A stretch of 64,000 nucleotides of DNA from an uncultured Actinomycetes bacterium (GTDB lineage Bacteria; Actinomycetota; Thermoleophilia; Solirubrobacterales; 70-9). The translations under genes and the position numbers were made by a program. The stretch covers positions 26,800-90,799 of the forward strand of contig CAWKMK010000006.1 of NCBI GenBank assembly GCA_963850735.1. The letters are read 5' to 3'. The notes beneath the pieces were generated by a model. The model had not been told where the DNA came from and made no database searches. It saw only the letters and a list, made by a program, of their open reading frames with translations. Of the stretch, positions 8,679 through 20,578 are shown piece after piece (the stretch's first letter is position 1; every line of letters starts with the position of its first letter).

Positions 8679-8711
8679 AAGCCGCCGGCCCTAGGGTCGG
8701 CGGCTTTTTTT
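8679..8711 (+). terminator. Rho-independent terminator after the acyl-CoA dehydrogenase gene
   Basis: GC-rich hairpin (GCCGCCGGCCC / GGGTCGGCGGC) followed by a run of 7 T. Confidence 0.7.
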
Positions 8712-9683
8712 GCTCTGAGCGGTGAATGTGCTCCAGGCGGGGGGCGAAACAGGGTGTGGTTGAGCTTTGGCGTGTCATGCACGCTGAAGCTCAACCACAC
8801 CCGAGGGGAGCGGGACGGCATCTGGGTCTGGCAGCGCTTGCGGATCGCCAGCATGGCGTCGTGTCGATTGGGCAGCTGAATCGGCTCGGGTATTCGAAGG
8901 ACCAGGTGCGTTGGGCCGTGAAGACGGGATGGCTGCATGCGATCGACCGCAGCGTCTATGCGGTGGGACATACGCGGCTTTCGGAGCACGGCAAATGCTT
9001 TGCCGCGGTTTTCGCCTGTGGTCCTGGTGCGGTGCTGAGTCATCACTCGGCTGCTTGGTTGCATGGCCTGGCGCGGTGGAGCCCAGCTCCGTTCCATGTC
9101 ACGGGGCCGGTGGCTCGCCGACCGCGTTTGCCGGTGCGGATTCATCGGGCGCGACGATTGGAGAGGGCAGATCGAGCGCTCGTCGAGAGGATCCCGGTGA
9201 CCGCCCTGTCGCGGACGCTGCTCGATCTGGCCGCGACCGTTCGCTTCGACTGGCTGGAGCGGATGGTCGAGCGCAGTGAAGAGCTGGAGCTATTCGATTT
9301 GCGTGCGGTCGAAGAGCTGCTCGCCCGCACGATCGGTCATCACGGCCACGGACGGTTGCGTCGCGCGATCGGCCTCTACAAGCCCTCCAGCTTCACCCGC
9401 TCGGGCTTGGAGAAGCGGTTCCTCGAACTGGTGCTGGAGGCCGGACTACCGCAGCCTCACACCAACTACGTCGAACTCGGCTTCGAGCTCGACTGCTATT
9501 GGCCCGAGCACCGCTTCGCGGTTGAACTCGACGTATTCGAGACGCACGGGACGCGGGCGGCGTTCGAGCGCGACCGCGAACGGCAGGAGGAGCTGTTGCT
9601 GGCGGGAATCGCAATGACGCGGGTCACCGGACCGCGCCTCGAACGCGAACCTCAGCAGGTGATCGAGCGCGTCGGGCGCCTGC

Positions 9684-11529
<1,846 letters not shown>

Positions 11530-11570
11530 CGGAGGTGGGGAGAGTAGGGAACGCCGTCTTCAGGCAAAAC

Positions 11571-11594
11571 GAAGCCCGCCTTGCGGCGGGCTTC
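11571..11594 (-). terminator. Hairpin terminator downstream of cspA
   Basis: GAAGCCCGCC-TTGC-GGCGGGCTTC. On the minus strand it is followed by GTTTTG. Confidence 0.6.
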
Positions 11595-11619
11595 GGGACT
11601 GCTTAAGCGTTCGGAAAAG

Positions 11620-11823
11620 CTAGGTCTGCTGAACGCTCGCTGCGGCCGGACCTTTCGGGCCTTCTTCGGACTCGTAGCTCACTTTCGCGCCCTCGGTGAG
11701 GGAACGGAAGCCCTCGCCCATGATCGCGCTGTGATGGACGAAGACGTCCTTCGAGCCGTCGTCGGGCGTGATGAACCCGTAGCCCTTGTCGTCGCTAAAC
11801 CACTTGACAGTTCCAGTCGGCAT
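11620..11823 (-). CDS. cspA: Cold-shock protein (CspA family)
   Basis: Starts at the internal ATG 11823 of ORF 11620..11895. 67 aa: [34 protein letters not shown] (RNP1/RNP2 motifs). Confidence 0.93.
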   Translation of the reverse strand: MPTGTVKWFSDDKGYGFITPDDGSKDVFVHHSAIMGEGFRSLTEGAKVSYESEEGPKGPAAASVQQT

Positions 11824-12066
11824 GCATTGCCTCCACTTCATGTGCTGCGAACGCGGAGGATGCGGTGAAGCAACGACTGCGAGCGCTACGCACAACTTTC
11901 GCCGGTACTTACCGGCCCTAACGGTGGGGACCGTAGCAGGATCGTCAGGCGACGCGGGGTTGAAACGGTGACCCGCGACATTCGGGTCCTGGGTTTAGGT
12001 TGGCTGCCGAATCGGCCGATACCGTGATGAGGATGTTCCGAGCCAGAGCTCTCTCGCCGCCGGGCG

Positions 12067-14402
12067 GTGTTGCTTTCCCTGCTTGCCGTCGCCTGCGCGT
12101 CGCCGGCGCCGGCCCTTGCCGGCCCGAGCCTGAAGAAGAGCGAGGGCCCGCTCTCGCCGACTCTGACCACTTTGGCCAAGCCGGCGGTCCGGGCGCTGCC
12201 CCCGGCCAGGCAGGCGAAGATCGCCGGGGTCGCGCCCAGCGGCCCTGGCAGCCTCATCCGCCATGGTGACCGCCTGCTCGTCGACTTCCGCTTCGACCAC
12301 GGGGCGATCGCGGCGCTACCGGCGCTGCGCGAAGCCGGAGCGCGGGTGATCGCCGCCAGCCGCCGCTACCAGCGGGTCACCGCCGGCGTGCCGCAGGCCG
12401 CGCTCTCGGGCCTCGCCGCCGTGCCCGGGGTCGCCGCCGTGACCCAGGTGCGCGCGCCGATCCTGCGCGCCTTCACCCCCTGCGAAGGCGGCTCGGTCGT
12501 CTCCGAGGGCGTCACCCAGCTGAACGCGCAGGAAGCGCGGGAAGACCTTCGGGGTCGACGGCGAAGGCGTCACCGTCGGCGTCCTCTCCGACTCCTTCGA
12601 CCAGGCCAACGAAGCCGTGACCGGCGGCCCGATCGCGACCAAACAGCCGCAGGACGTCCTCACCGAGCGACCTGCCGGGAAAAGCAACAACTGCCCCGGT
12701 CAGTCGACCGCGGTCGAAGACCTGCGGGACTACGAAGTCGAACCCGGCGAAGAAGAACCCTTCGACGAGGGCCGGGCGATGCTGCAGATCGTCCACGACA
12801 TGGCGCCGAGTGCCGAACTCGCCTTCGACAGCGCCTTCAACGGCGAACTCGCCTTCGCCGAAGGGATCGAAAACCTCGCCAAGCCGGTGGGGGAAGGCGG
12901 TGCCGGCGCGCAGGTGATCGTCGACGACGTCGGCTACTTCGAAGAGCCCTTCTTCCAGGACGGCCCGGTCGCCGCTGCGGTCAACAAGGTCACCGAAGAC
13001 GGCGCCACCTACCTCTCGGCCGCCGGCAACGACAACCTCTTCGACGCCGAAGGAAACGAAATCGCCTCCTGGGAAGCGCCGGAATACCGCGACTCGGGCG
13101 CCTGCCCGCCGGCAGTCGCCGCGTTCGCCGGACTCAACGCCAGCCACTGCATGGACTTCAACCCCGGAGCGGCGACCGACCGCACCTTCGGGATCAAGGT
13201 CGAACCGGAAGAAGTCCTCAGCGTCGACCTGCAGTGGGCCGAACCGTGGGAAGGCGTCGCAGACCGACCTCGACGCGCTCCTGCTCGACGCCGACGGGGA
13301 AGTGATCTGCCGCCTCGATCGAAGAACAACGTCACCGACACGCAGGAGCCGGTGGAGATCCTCCAGTGGGAAAACGAAGGCGAAGCGGAGCAGACGGTCC
13401 AGCTGGTGATCAACAGGTTCGAAGGCGACCGCCGACCCGCGGCTCAAGTTCATCTTCCTGCAGAACGGCGGCGGGGTCAGCGGCACCGAGTACCCCAAAT
13501 CCGGTGGCGGCGACGTGGTCGGACCGAGCGATCTACGGGCACGCCGGCGCCGCCGGCGCGATCGCGGTCGGCGGCCGTCCCCTTCGACGACAGCGGCGAA
13601 CCCGAGCCCTACTCCTCGCGCGGGCCGGTGACGCACTACTTCGGCCCGGTCGAAGGCACGGGCCCGGCCCCGCAGCTGCTGACGCCGGAAGAGCTCTCGA
13701 AGCCCGAGGTCGCCGCGACCGACTGCGGCGCGACCACCTTCTTCGCTCGGCAGCCGAAATCCGAACCCGGCGTCTGGCGCTTCTGCGGCACCTCCGCGGC
13801 CGCCCCGCACGCGGCCGGAGTCGCCGCCCTGATGCTGGAGGACGAACCGGGCGCCTCGCCCGAGGAAGTGCGCGAAGCGCTCGCCGTCAGCGCCGCCGCG
13901 GTCGGCTCCTTCGGCCCTTGCGCCGTCGGCGGCGGGCTGATCGAAGCGGTGGGGGCGCTGAAAGCGATCGAGGGCACGGCCTTCCCCGCCGCGGGGACGT
14001 GCGAACCGCCCGACGCCTCCGGCGCGGTCTTCGTCGCGCCCGGCAACTGGGGCTCGGAAGCTGCCGCCGATCAAACCGGTGCCGCCGCCGACTCCCCCGC
14101 AGCCGGTCCCGCCGACGCCGCAGCCCGAACCGCGCGCTCCGTCCACCTCTTTCGCCAGGCATCCGCCGGCCACGGTAAGGACCAGCGCCAGCAGTGCCCG
14201 GCTCGTCTTCCGCTTCCGCTCCGACCAGGCCGACGCGACCTTCCTCTGCAAGGTCGACAAGGCGGCATTCGCCTTCTGCGGGCCGAAGCTGGTCCGCCGC
14301 TTCTCGAGCGGACGTCACACCGTCAAGGTCAAGTCGCGCGGCGCCAGCGGGCTGGTCGACCCGACCCCGGCCACCTTCAGCTTCCGTGTCGTCGCCGGCT
14401 GA
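12067..14402 (+). CDS. Secreted S8 (subtilisin-family) serine peptidase, several frame changes
   Basis: Signal-like N-terminus LLSLLAVACASPAPALA. Catalytic Asp motif GVTVGVLSDSFD (~12555-12600), His region around MLQIVHDMAP, Ser motif GTSAAAPHAAG (~13790). The pieces lie in ORFs 12067.., 12617.. and 14079..14402. The start may be the ATG at 12027 if there is an indel near 12050. Confidence 0.75.
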
Positions 14403-14551
14403 TCCGGCGCCTAGGCGCCCACCTGTAGAGAGGGACACCCGTCCCTCCTAGCCACAGCGGTTGGAGATACAGCTGGTTCAGCGAGACCGCAGCGAGCGTC
14501 GTATAGCGACGCTTCTCGCGGACTCGCGAATCGCCGTCAGCCAGCTGTCCC

Positions 14552-15241
14552 TCAAGCCGAAGAGCGGCGCGCCTGCCACCGCATCACCCAGTGACCCGCC
14601 CCGAGCAGCGCCAGCAGCGCCAGGGCGCTGCCGAGCACCAGCGGGTCGGTCAGCGAGAGGCCTTCGAGCCGGGTCCCGAAGTAGACCGAGATCGCGGTGA
14701 TCGGCAGGTAGCCGACCAGGGTGGTCCAGACGAAGCGCCAGAGCGGCACCCGCGCCGCACCGGCGGCGTAGGAGACGATGCTGAAGGGGAGGATCGGGAT
14801 CAGGCGCATCGCGATCAGCAGGGTGGCCCCGCCGCGCTCGATCGCCAGCTCGGCCCGCTCGAAGCGCTCCTCGCCGAACCAGCGGTCGAGCAGCGGCCGC
14901 GCCACCCGCTGGCCGATCGCCCAGCAGACGAGGCCGTTGAGCAGCCAGCCGAACATCACCAGCGCCATCGCCGGGAAGAAGCCGTAGGCGTAGCCGGCCG
15001 CCGCGTCGACGATCTCGGCCGGGTAGAAGACGACGCTGTGGAGAAGGGCGAGGGCGAGGATCAGCAGCGGCCCGCCGACGCCGAGGCGGTCGATCTGGTT
15101 GCGGACCTCCTCGTGATCGCCCTGGATCAGGGCGCTGACCGCCTCGCGTAGCGGGTCGACGGCGACGACGATCGCCGCCAGCAGGGCGATCCCGGCCAGG
15201 GTGATCCCGATCTCGGCCCAGGGCAGACGCTTCCTCTCCAC
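14552..15241 (-). CDS. TVP38/TMEM64 (DedA-related) family membrane protein
   Basis: 229 aa, intact, multi-pass, with family-typical segments (RLIPILPFSIVSYAAGAARVPLWRF). Confidence 0.75.
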   Translation of the reverse strand: MERKRLPWAEIGITLAGIALLAAIVVAVDPLREAVSALIQGDHEEVRNQIDRLGVGGPLLILALALLHSVVFYPAEIVDAAAGYAYGFFPAMALVMFGWLLNGLVCWAIGQRVARPLLDRWFGEERFERAELAIERGGATLLIAMRLIPILPFSIVSYAAGAARVPLWRFVWTTLVGYLPITAISVYFGTRLEGLSLTDPLVLGSALALLALLGAGHWVMRWQARRSSA

Positions 15242-15261
15242 CCGCCTAGGCTAGATGGCGG

Positions 15262-17391
15262 TCAGCCGCGCAGGCGCTCGGCCAGGCCCGAGTGGCGGCC
15301 GCCGCTGTCGTCGCGGCTCACGGCGGAGGCGAGCGATATCTGGTCGCCGACCAGGACGCAGCTGTTGCGGGCGCGGGTGATCGCCGTGTAGAGGAGGGGG
15401 CGGGTCAGCATCCGCGAGTGCGAGCGCTGGCAGACGCCGACCACCACCGGCACCTCGCAGCCCTGTGCCTTGTGGACCGAGATCGCGTAGGCGAGGCGCA
15501 GCGTCGCGGTTTCGCCGTAGGGGATGACGAGGCTGCTGCCGTCGTCGGTGTCGACGACGATCGTCTCCTCTTCCGGGTCGTCGCCGCGGAGGAAGACGAT
15601 CGAGCCGTTCATCAGCCCCAGCTCGTGCGAGTTGCGGGTCTGGATCAGCCGGTCGCCGATCCGGAAGCGGTCGCCCAGGGCGCGCTTGCCGTCGGGGTTG
15701 AGCTCGGCCTGTAGCCGCTCGTTGAGGGCGTCGATCCCGACCGGCCCCCGGTACATCGGCGCCAGCACCTGGACCTCGCGGATCGGGTCGACGGCGAATT
15801 TCGCCGGCGCCCGCTCGGCGACCACCTCGACCACCGTCTCCAGCGCCCGCTCCGGCGTGCCCCGCTCGATGAAGAAGAAGTCGTGGTCCTGCTCGGGGCC
15901 GGGCTCGAGGTGGGGCGGGCGGCCGTGGTTGATCTCGTGGGCGGCGGTGGTGATCATCGAGCGCGCCGCCTGGCGGAAGATCTGGGTCAGCCGCACCACC
16001 GGCGCGGCGTCGGAGGCGATCAGGTCCTCGAACGGCTTGCCGGCCCCGATCGGCGGCAGCTGGTCGGCGTCGCCGACGAAGACGACGTGGGTCGACTCGG
16101 CCAAGCCGCCGAGCAGCACCTCGGCCAGGCGCAGGTTCAGCATCGAGGACTCGTCGACGATCACCAGGTCGACCGGCAGCGGCCGGCCGGGGCGGAATGC
16201 CGGCTCGCGCCCCGGCATCCACTCCAGCATCCGGTGGATCGTCTTCGCCTCGTGGCCGGTCGTCTCTTCCAGTCGCCGCGCGGCGCGCCCGGTCGGTGCG
16301 CAGAGGGCGATCGTCGCGTTCGCGGCTTCCGCCTCGGCGACGATCTCGCGGGTCGCTTCGGTCTTGCCGACGCCGGGGCCGCCGGTGAGGACCGAGACCC
16401 GCGCCGCGAATGCCGCCCGCACCGCCGCCCACTGCTCGTCGGTGAGTTTGCCGCGCGGCTCCTCCGCCGGCTCGTGGTCGAGGTGGGGAGGGGCTGATGA
16501 CCGCGCCGCCAGCGTCGCCGCGACCGCCAGCTCGCTGGCGTGGGTCCCCTGGCGATAGATCCGGCCCTCGTCTTCGACCAGGCCGGGGGCGGCGAGGAGC
16601 ACGTCGGGGTCGGGCGCGAGGCCGATCAGCCGCGCCGTGCGCCGGCCCAGCTCCTCGGCCGGCAGGTAGCTGTTGCCCTGCTGCTCGGCCTCGATCAGCG
16701 CGTAGAGCGCGGCGGCCTGGGCGCGGCGGTCGGACTCGGGCGGCACGTCGGCTGCGAGGGCGATCTTGTCGGCGCGGGCGAAGCCGACCCCCGACACCTC
16801 GGTCAGCCGGTAGGGGTCCTCGTGCAGGATCGCCATCGAGTTGTCGCCGTAGCGGGCGTGGATCGGCGCCGCCAGGTGGGCGAGCCCGTGCGGCGCCAGC
16901 TGCACGTGCAGGTCGCGGATCGCCCGGCTCGCGTACCAGGACTGGGTTGCGGCGGCGGCCTGGTCGGCGCTGACCCCGCGCAGCGAGCCGAAGACCGCTT
17001 CCGGGTTGGCAGCGATCGCCTGCAGCACCCCCTCGCCGTGCTCGTCGACCAGCCGCTCGGCCCGCTTCTGGCCGATGTGCTTCAGCGAGGTCAGGTAGGC
17101 GACCTGCCCCTCGCGGTCGGTCGGGTCGAGCGGCAGCGCACCCTGGGCGCGCAGTTGGCGCCCGTAGCGAGTGTGGGTCTGCCACTCGCCGCTGACTTCG
17201 GCCCGGTCGCCGGCATCGAGGTGGGCGACCGGGCCGACCAGGGCGAAGCCTTCGCCCGAGTCGGTCTCCTGCACCTCGAGCACCGCGTAGCCGTCGTCCT
17301 CGGCCTTGTAGATGACGCCGATCACCTCGACCGTCCCGCTGTAGGAGGCGGCGTCAGCGTCGAAGAGGGTCGCGGCTCGGGTCACGCACAA
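15262..17391 (-). CDS. recD2: ATP-dependent RecD-like DNA helicase (RecD2, SF1B)
   Basis: 709 aa, intact. Walker A is GGPGVGKT, with LCAPTGRAARRL, VIVDESSML and a C-terminal SVHKAQG motif. Confidence 0.9.
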   Translation of the reverse strand: MCVTRAATLFDADAASYSGTVEVIGVIYKAEDDGYAVLEVQETDSGEGFALVGPVAHLDAGDRAEVSGEWQTHTRYGRQLRAQGALPLDPTDREGQVAYLTSLKHIGQKRAERLVDEHGEGVLQAIAANPEAVFGSLRGVSADQAAAATQSWYASRAIRDLHVQLAPHGLAHLAAPIHARYGDNSMAILHEDPYRLTEVSGVGFARADKIALAADVPPESDRRAQAAALYALIEAEQQGNSYLPAEELGRRTARLIGLAPDPDVLLAAPGLVEDEGRIYRQGTHASELAVAATLAARSSAPPHLDHEPAEEPRGKLTDEQWAAVRAAFAARVSVLTGGPGVGKTEATREIVAEAEAANATIALCAPTGRAARRLEETTGHEAKTIHRMLEWMPGREPAFRPGRPLPVDLVIVDESSMLNLRLAEVLLGGLAESTHVVFVGDADQLPPIGAGKPFEDLIASDAAPVVRLTQIFRQAARSMITTAAHEINHGRPPHLEPGPEQDHDFFFIERGTPERALETVVEVVAERAPAKFAVDPIREVQVLAPMYRGPVGIDALNERLQAELNPDGKRALGDRFRIGDRLIQTRNSHELGLMNGSIVFLRGDDPEEETIVVDTDDGSSLVIPYGETATLRLAYAISVHKAQGCEVPVVVGVCQRSHSRMLTRPLLYTAITRARNSCVLVGDQISLASAVSRDDSGGRHSGLAERLRG

Positions 17392-17470
17392 AGGCTAGGC
17401 CCCGCGGGGGCGGGACCCGCCGGTCCCGAGGCCGCAGTTTCCGGCCGCGGCGATGCTCTAGGTTCGAGCG

Positions 17471-17671
17471 ATGGCGCCCCCGGGACCCCAGGCCGGCCTC
17501 TGCGACCGTTGTTGCCACCAGCGGCTGGTGCCGAACACGCGCGGTTCGGTCTTCTCGCTCTGCGAGCGCTCGCGCACCGAACCGGCCTACCCGCGCTACC
17601 CGCGGCTGCCGGTGCTCAGCTGCCCGGGCTTCGAGCCGGCTCCGGCTCCGGGTCCCGAGCGGCGCCGATAG
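17471..17671 (+). CDS. Small cysteine-rich conserved hypothetical protein
   Basis: 66 aa: CDRCCHQRLVPNTRGSVFSLCERS...YPRYPRLPVLSCPGFE. I recall this pattern from small actinobacterial proteins. It overlaps the convergent gene by ~55 nt. Confidence 0.45.
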   Translation: MAPPGPQAGLCDRCCHQRLVPNTRGSVFSLCERSRTEPAYPRYPRLPVLSCPGFEPAPAPGPERRR

Positions 17672-18515
17672 CGGCGCCGATCAAGCCGAGGCCGAAGACC
17701 ACCGCGGCGAGGCCGACGAGGAAGCCGAGGAAGGGGACGAGCGCGGCGACGCGCAGGATCGCCAGCCCGGCGAGGAAGGCCCAGAACTGGCTGTGGGGCT
17801 CGCCGACGACGCGGCGGCCGAGCGCGTAGCAGGCGACGACGTAGGCGACCGCCGCCAGCGGCAGCAGGGAGAGGCCGATGACGAAGGCCAGGGGGATCCC
17901 GACCAGGGTGACGAGGGCGATCGCCGCTGCCAGCGGCAGGCAGATCCCGATCGCGACGCCGATCGCGATCACCGGCCCGACCCGTTCGCGCGAGCGCGCT
18001 TGGAGCGCCTCGGCGGCGCGCGGGGCGATCAGCAGCAGCAGCACGCCGAGGAGCGCCATCGAGATCCCAGTCGCGAGCCAGAAGACGAAGGCGCCGAGGA
18101 AGGGGAGGAAGTCGACCGAGTCGCCCCAGTCCTCCTTGGTGACGTCGCCGCGGACGATCGCGGCGCCGGAGACGATCGGCCGCTCGTCGCCGTAGCGGAC
18201 GTCGCCGCTGACGTAGGCGCGGGGCAGGAGCCGGGCCTGGCCGCCGAAGGTGACCAGGTCGCCGTCGATCTTGCCGCTGACCGTGGCATCGCCGGCGGCA
18301 AGGACGACGTCGCCGTCGACGTTCCCCGCCAACCGCAGGTCGCCGCTGGCGATGTAGATGCCGTCGACCGTTTCCCCGCGGGGGACGGTCACGTCGCCGG
18401 AGATGACGACGATCGCGTCCTCCTCGTGATCCGAGGTTAGCGCCGCGGGGGCGACCGCCGGCAGGGCCAGCGCCGCAAGGACGATGAGGACGACTAGGGA
18501 CGAGACGCGTCGCAT
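17616..18515 (-). CDS. Bactofilin-like (polymer-forming cytoskeletal) repeat domain fused to a multi-pass membrane domain
   Basis: 299 aa with a signal/anchor. Repeated GDV/GDL beta-helix-like motifs (ISGDVTVP, ASGDLRLAGNVDGDVVLAAGDATVSGKIDGDLV) are followed by about 5 hydrophobic helices. Confidence 0.65.
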   Translation of the reverse strand: MRRVSSLVVLIVLAALALPAVAPAALTSDHEEDAIVVISGDVTVPRGETVDGIYIASGDLRLAGNVDGDVVLAAGDATVSGKIDGDLVTFGGQARLLPRAYVSGDVRYGDERPIVSGAAIVRGDVTKEDWGDSVDFLPFLGAFVFWLATGISMALLGVLLLLIAPRAAEALQARSRERVGPVIAIGVAIGICLPLAAAIALVTLVGIPLAFVIGLSLLPLAAVAYVVACYALGRRVVGEPHSQFWAFLAGLAILRVAALVPFLGFLVGLAAVVFGLGLIGAAIGAARDPEPEPARSPGS

Positions 18516-18539
18516 CGGGCCCCAGCCTATCCGCCCCTC

Positions 18540-18932
18540 CTACTGCGCCATCGGGTCCGGCTCGCCCAGCCGGCTGATCGGGGGTGCCTCGTAGACCGCT
18601 CCCGGCACGCCGCCGACGATCACCATCCGCATCCCCTCCGCGCCCGGCCAGACCTTGCGCTTGGTGCCCGAGGCGACACGGACCATGTGGTCGGGGTCGA
18701 GCGGGAAGCGCTCGCCCTCGATCTCGATCTCGCCGCCACCGCGGATCGCCATGAAGACCTCCTCCTGGCCGTCTTCGGCGTGGTCGTGCTCCGGGTAGTT
18801 CTCGAAGTCCGGCGGCAGGTCGATCACCTGCAGGCCGAACGATTCGACCCCCAGTTCCGCCCGCGCCCGTTTGAAGGCGCCGAGGTAGACCGCCTCCATC
18901 TCGTCGATCTTCTTCACCGCGTACTCGCCCAT
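18540..18932 (-). CDS. Cupin domain protein
   Basis: 130 aa with a metal-site-like motif YPEHDHAEDGQEEVF...G and a small beta-barrel size. Confidence 0.7.
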   Translation of the reverse strand: MGEYAVKKIDEMEAVYLGAFKRARAELGVESFGLQVIDLPPDFENYPEHDHAEDGQEEVFMAIRGGGEIEIEGERFPLDPDHMVRVASGTKRKVWPGAEGMRMVIVGGVPGAVYEAPPISRLGEPDPMAQ

Positions 18933-18977
18933 CTCTCCTCCTCCACCGCGTTCCCGCGGCCTTGCCGGGCTATCAAA

Positions 18978-18989
18978 ACGAACGTTCGT
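18978..18989. promoter_or_regulatory. 12-bp palindrome in the divergent cupin/TetR intergenic region (candidate TetR operator)
   Basis: ACGAACGTTCGT is self-complementary. It is flanked by A/T runs and lies 22 nt upstream of the TetR GTG. Confidence 0.45.
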
Positions 18990-19010
18990 GCTTTTTTATA
19001 TCCTACGTCT

Positions 19011-19583
19011 GTGACTCCCGTCACCCAGAAGGGCAGCGAGACCCGCGCCTCGATCCTCGACCGCGCCGTCGACCTGGCCTCGGTCGAGGGGCTGGAGGGA
19101 CTGACGATCGGCCGCCTCGCCGCCGAGCTGCGGATGAGCAAGAGTGGCCTCTTCGCCCACTTCGGCTCCAAGCAGGAGCTGCAGCTGGCGACGGTCGAGG
19201 CGGCGGCGCAGCGCTTCCGCGAAAAGGTGATCGTCCCCTCGCTCGACGCCCCCGAGGGCGCGCCGCGGATTCGGGCGATGGGGGAGCGCTACCTCGCCCA
19301 GCTCGACTCCTACTCGGGCGGCTGCTTCTGGGCGGCGACCTCGGCCGAGTACGACGATCGCCCCGGCCCCGTCCGCGACGCGATTGCCGCCGCGCTCGAT
19401 GCCTGGCTGGGGGAGCTGGAGCGCCAAGCGCGCCTCGCCGGCGTCGAGCGGCCCGAGCGCTTCGCCTTCGAGCTCTACGCGCTGGTGATGGGAGTCAACT
19501 CCCGCTACCGCCTCAGCGGCGACGAGCGCGTCTTCGAGTACGCCCGCGAAGCGCTGGACCGGCTGCTGGCCGATCTGCCCTGA
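19011..19583 (+). CDS. TetR/AcrR family transcriptional regulator
   Basis: GTG at 19011 within ORF 18687..19583. HTH segment ILDRAVDLASVEGLEGLTIGRLAAELRMSKSGLFAHFGSKQELQ. Confidence 0.85.
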   Translation: MTPVTQKGSETRASILDRAVDLASVEGLEGLTIGRLAAELRMSKSGLFAHFGSKQELQLATVEAAAQRFREKVIVPSLDAPEGAPRIRAMGERYLAQLDSYSGGCFWAATSAEYDDRPGPVRDAIAAALDAWLGELERQARLAGVERPERFAFELYALVMGVNSRYRLSGDERVFEYAREALDRLLADLP

Positions 19584-19598
19584 GCGCCTCAGACGCGG

Positions 19599-20486
19599 TC
19601 AGAGGATCGCGTACTCACGCACCATCTCGTAAAGGTCGCGGGTCTCGAACATCAGCGAGAGCAGGCCCTCGCGGATGTCTTCGCCGAGTTGTTTGGCGGT
19701 CCGGTAGGTATCCGAGTCGGCCCGCTTCTCGTGGGCGAGCGTTTCCAGCTCTGAGCGGGTCGTCTCGTCGTCGAGCATCGCCAGGAAGGAGTCATAGGCG
19801 AGCAGCGTTCTGACCCCCGAGTCCGCTCTGCCGTGCCGGAGGAAGCAGGCGGCGACCCTGTCCAGGGGCGGCGCGCGGAACTGCTCGGCCAGGAAGGGCG
19901 AGTAGTCCTGGCTGCGCAGCCGGCGGCATTCGAGCGCCGGCAGCAGGCCACTCGCGAACAGCAACGGGCGCGAGGTGCGCAGCTTCGCGTTTCGCAAGCC
20001 CCACTCCCTGCCGTAGCGGTCCCGGTGTTTGCGCTCGAAGTCGACGGCGATCGTCCGCCAGTACCTGAAGATGTCGTTGAGCAGGAAGCGGGGCGGGTGG
20101 TAGTCCAGGCTCAGATCCCGCAGGTAGCTGTCGATCAGCTCCTGCTTCACCTTCTCCGCGACCTGGTCTCCGGCCGCGGACTTCGACTCCAGAAGCAGCA
20201 GCATCCTGCGCGTGAGGTTCCTGTTTCCATCGTCGTCCAGTCCGATCTTGCGGAGATTGGAGGAGAACACCGGCACGCCGAAGATGTCCTCCTTTCCCGG
20301 TGCCTTCGCTGAGCTGCCCAGCGCCTTCCAGGCCGCCTCGATCGACGGCCGAACCTCGTCCTCCGGTCGCGGCTCCCCGTCGACCAGGCACATGAAGTCG
20401 TCGTCGCGGCCGCCGGTCACCTCCAGTCGACCCCACGACCCCATCAGGACGACGGCGACGTCATCGTCGCGCTCGACTGCCTGCAT
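19599..20486 (-). CDS. Nucleotidyltransferase (Pol-beta superfamily) with a helical C-terminal domain
   Basis: ATG at 20486 within ORF 19599..21314. NTase motif GSWGRLEVTGGRDDDFMCLV (G-S...D-x-D). The C-terminal part has FLLNDIFRYWRTIAVDFERK and WGLRNAKLRTSRPLLF. It looks AT-richer than the flanks. Confidence 0.7.
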   Translation of the reverse strand: MQAVERDDDVAVVLMGSWGRLEVTGGRDDDFMCLVDGEPRPEDEVRPSIEAAWKALGSSAKAPGKEDIFGVPVFSSNLRKIGLDDDGNRNLTRRMLLLLESKSAAGDQVAEKVKQELIDSYLRDLSLDYHPPRFLLNDIFRYWRTIAVDFERKHRDRYGREWGLRNAKLRTSRPLLFASGLLPALECRRLRSQDYSPFLAEQFRAPPLDRVAACFLRHGRADSGVRTLLAYDSFLAMLDDETTRSELETLAHEKRADSDTYRTAKQLGEDIREGLLSLMFETRDLYEMVREYAIL

Positions 20487-20578
20487 CGAGCGACGGCGCT
20501 CCTCAAGTCGTTCGAGCGTTCGCTCGCGCGCGGCGAGCAGGGCGGGGAACGTTGCCCCGCTGCTCGCTTCGAGGCGGC

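Noticed and set aside
7396-8778. 460-aa minus-strand ORF
   Set aside because: It is antisense to the intact acyl-CoA dehydrogenase gene. It has no motifs and GC-artefact composition.
12512-14260. 582-aa minus-strand ORF, plus other long alternative-frame ORFs at 15251..17185, 27079..28863, 27692..29686 (its part upstream of the GS start at 28843), 48388..50376 (parts), 57977..59434 and 61682..62830
   Set aside because: All are antisense or out of frame relative to genes with clear conserved motifs (S8 peptidase, RecD2, GS III, FtsH, Ig-repeat protein). Their products are low-complexity Arg/Gly/Pro/Ala strings.
15262-17391. RecD2 helicase as part of a defence or mobile system
   Set aside because: It is a typical stand-alone actinobacterial RecD2 with full SF1B motifs. 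Composition matches the core genome, and no nuclease, methylase or other partner is adjacent.
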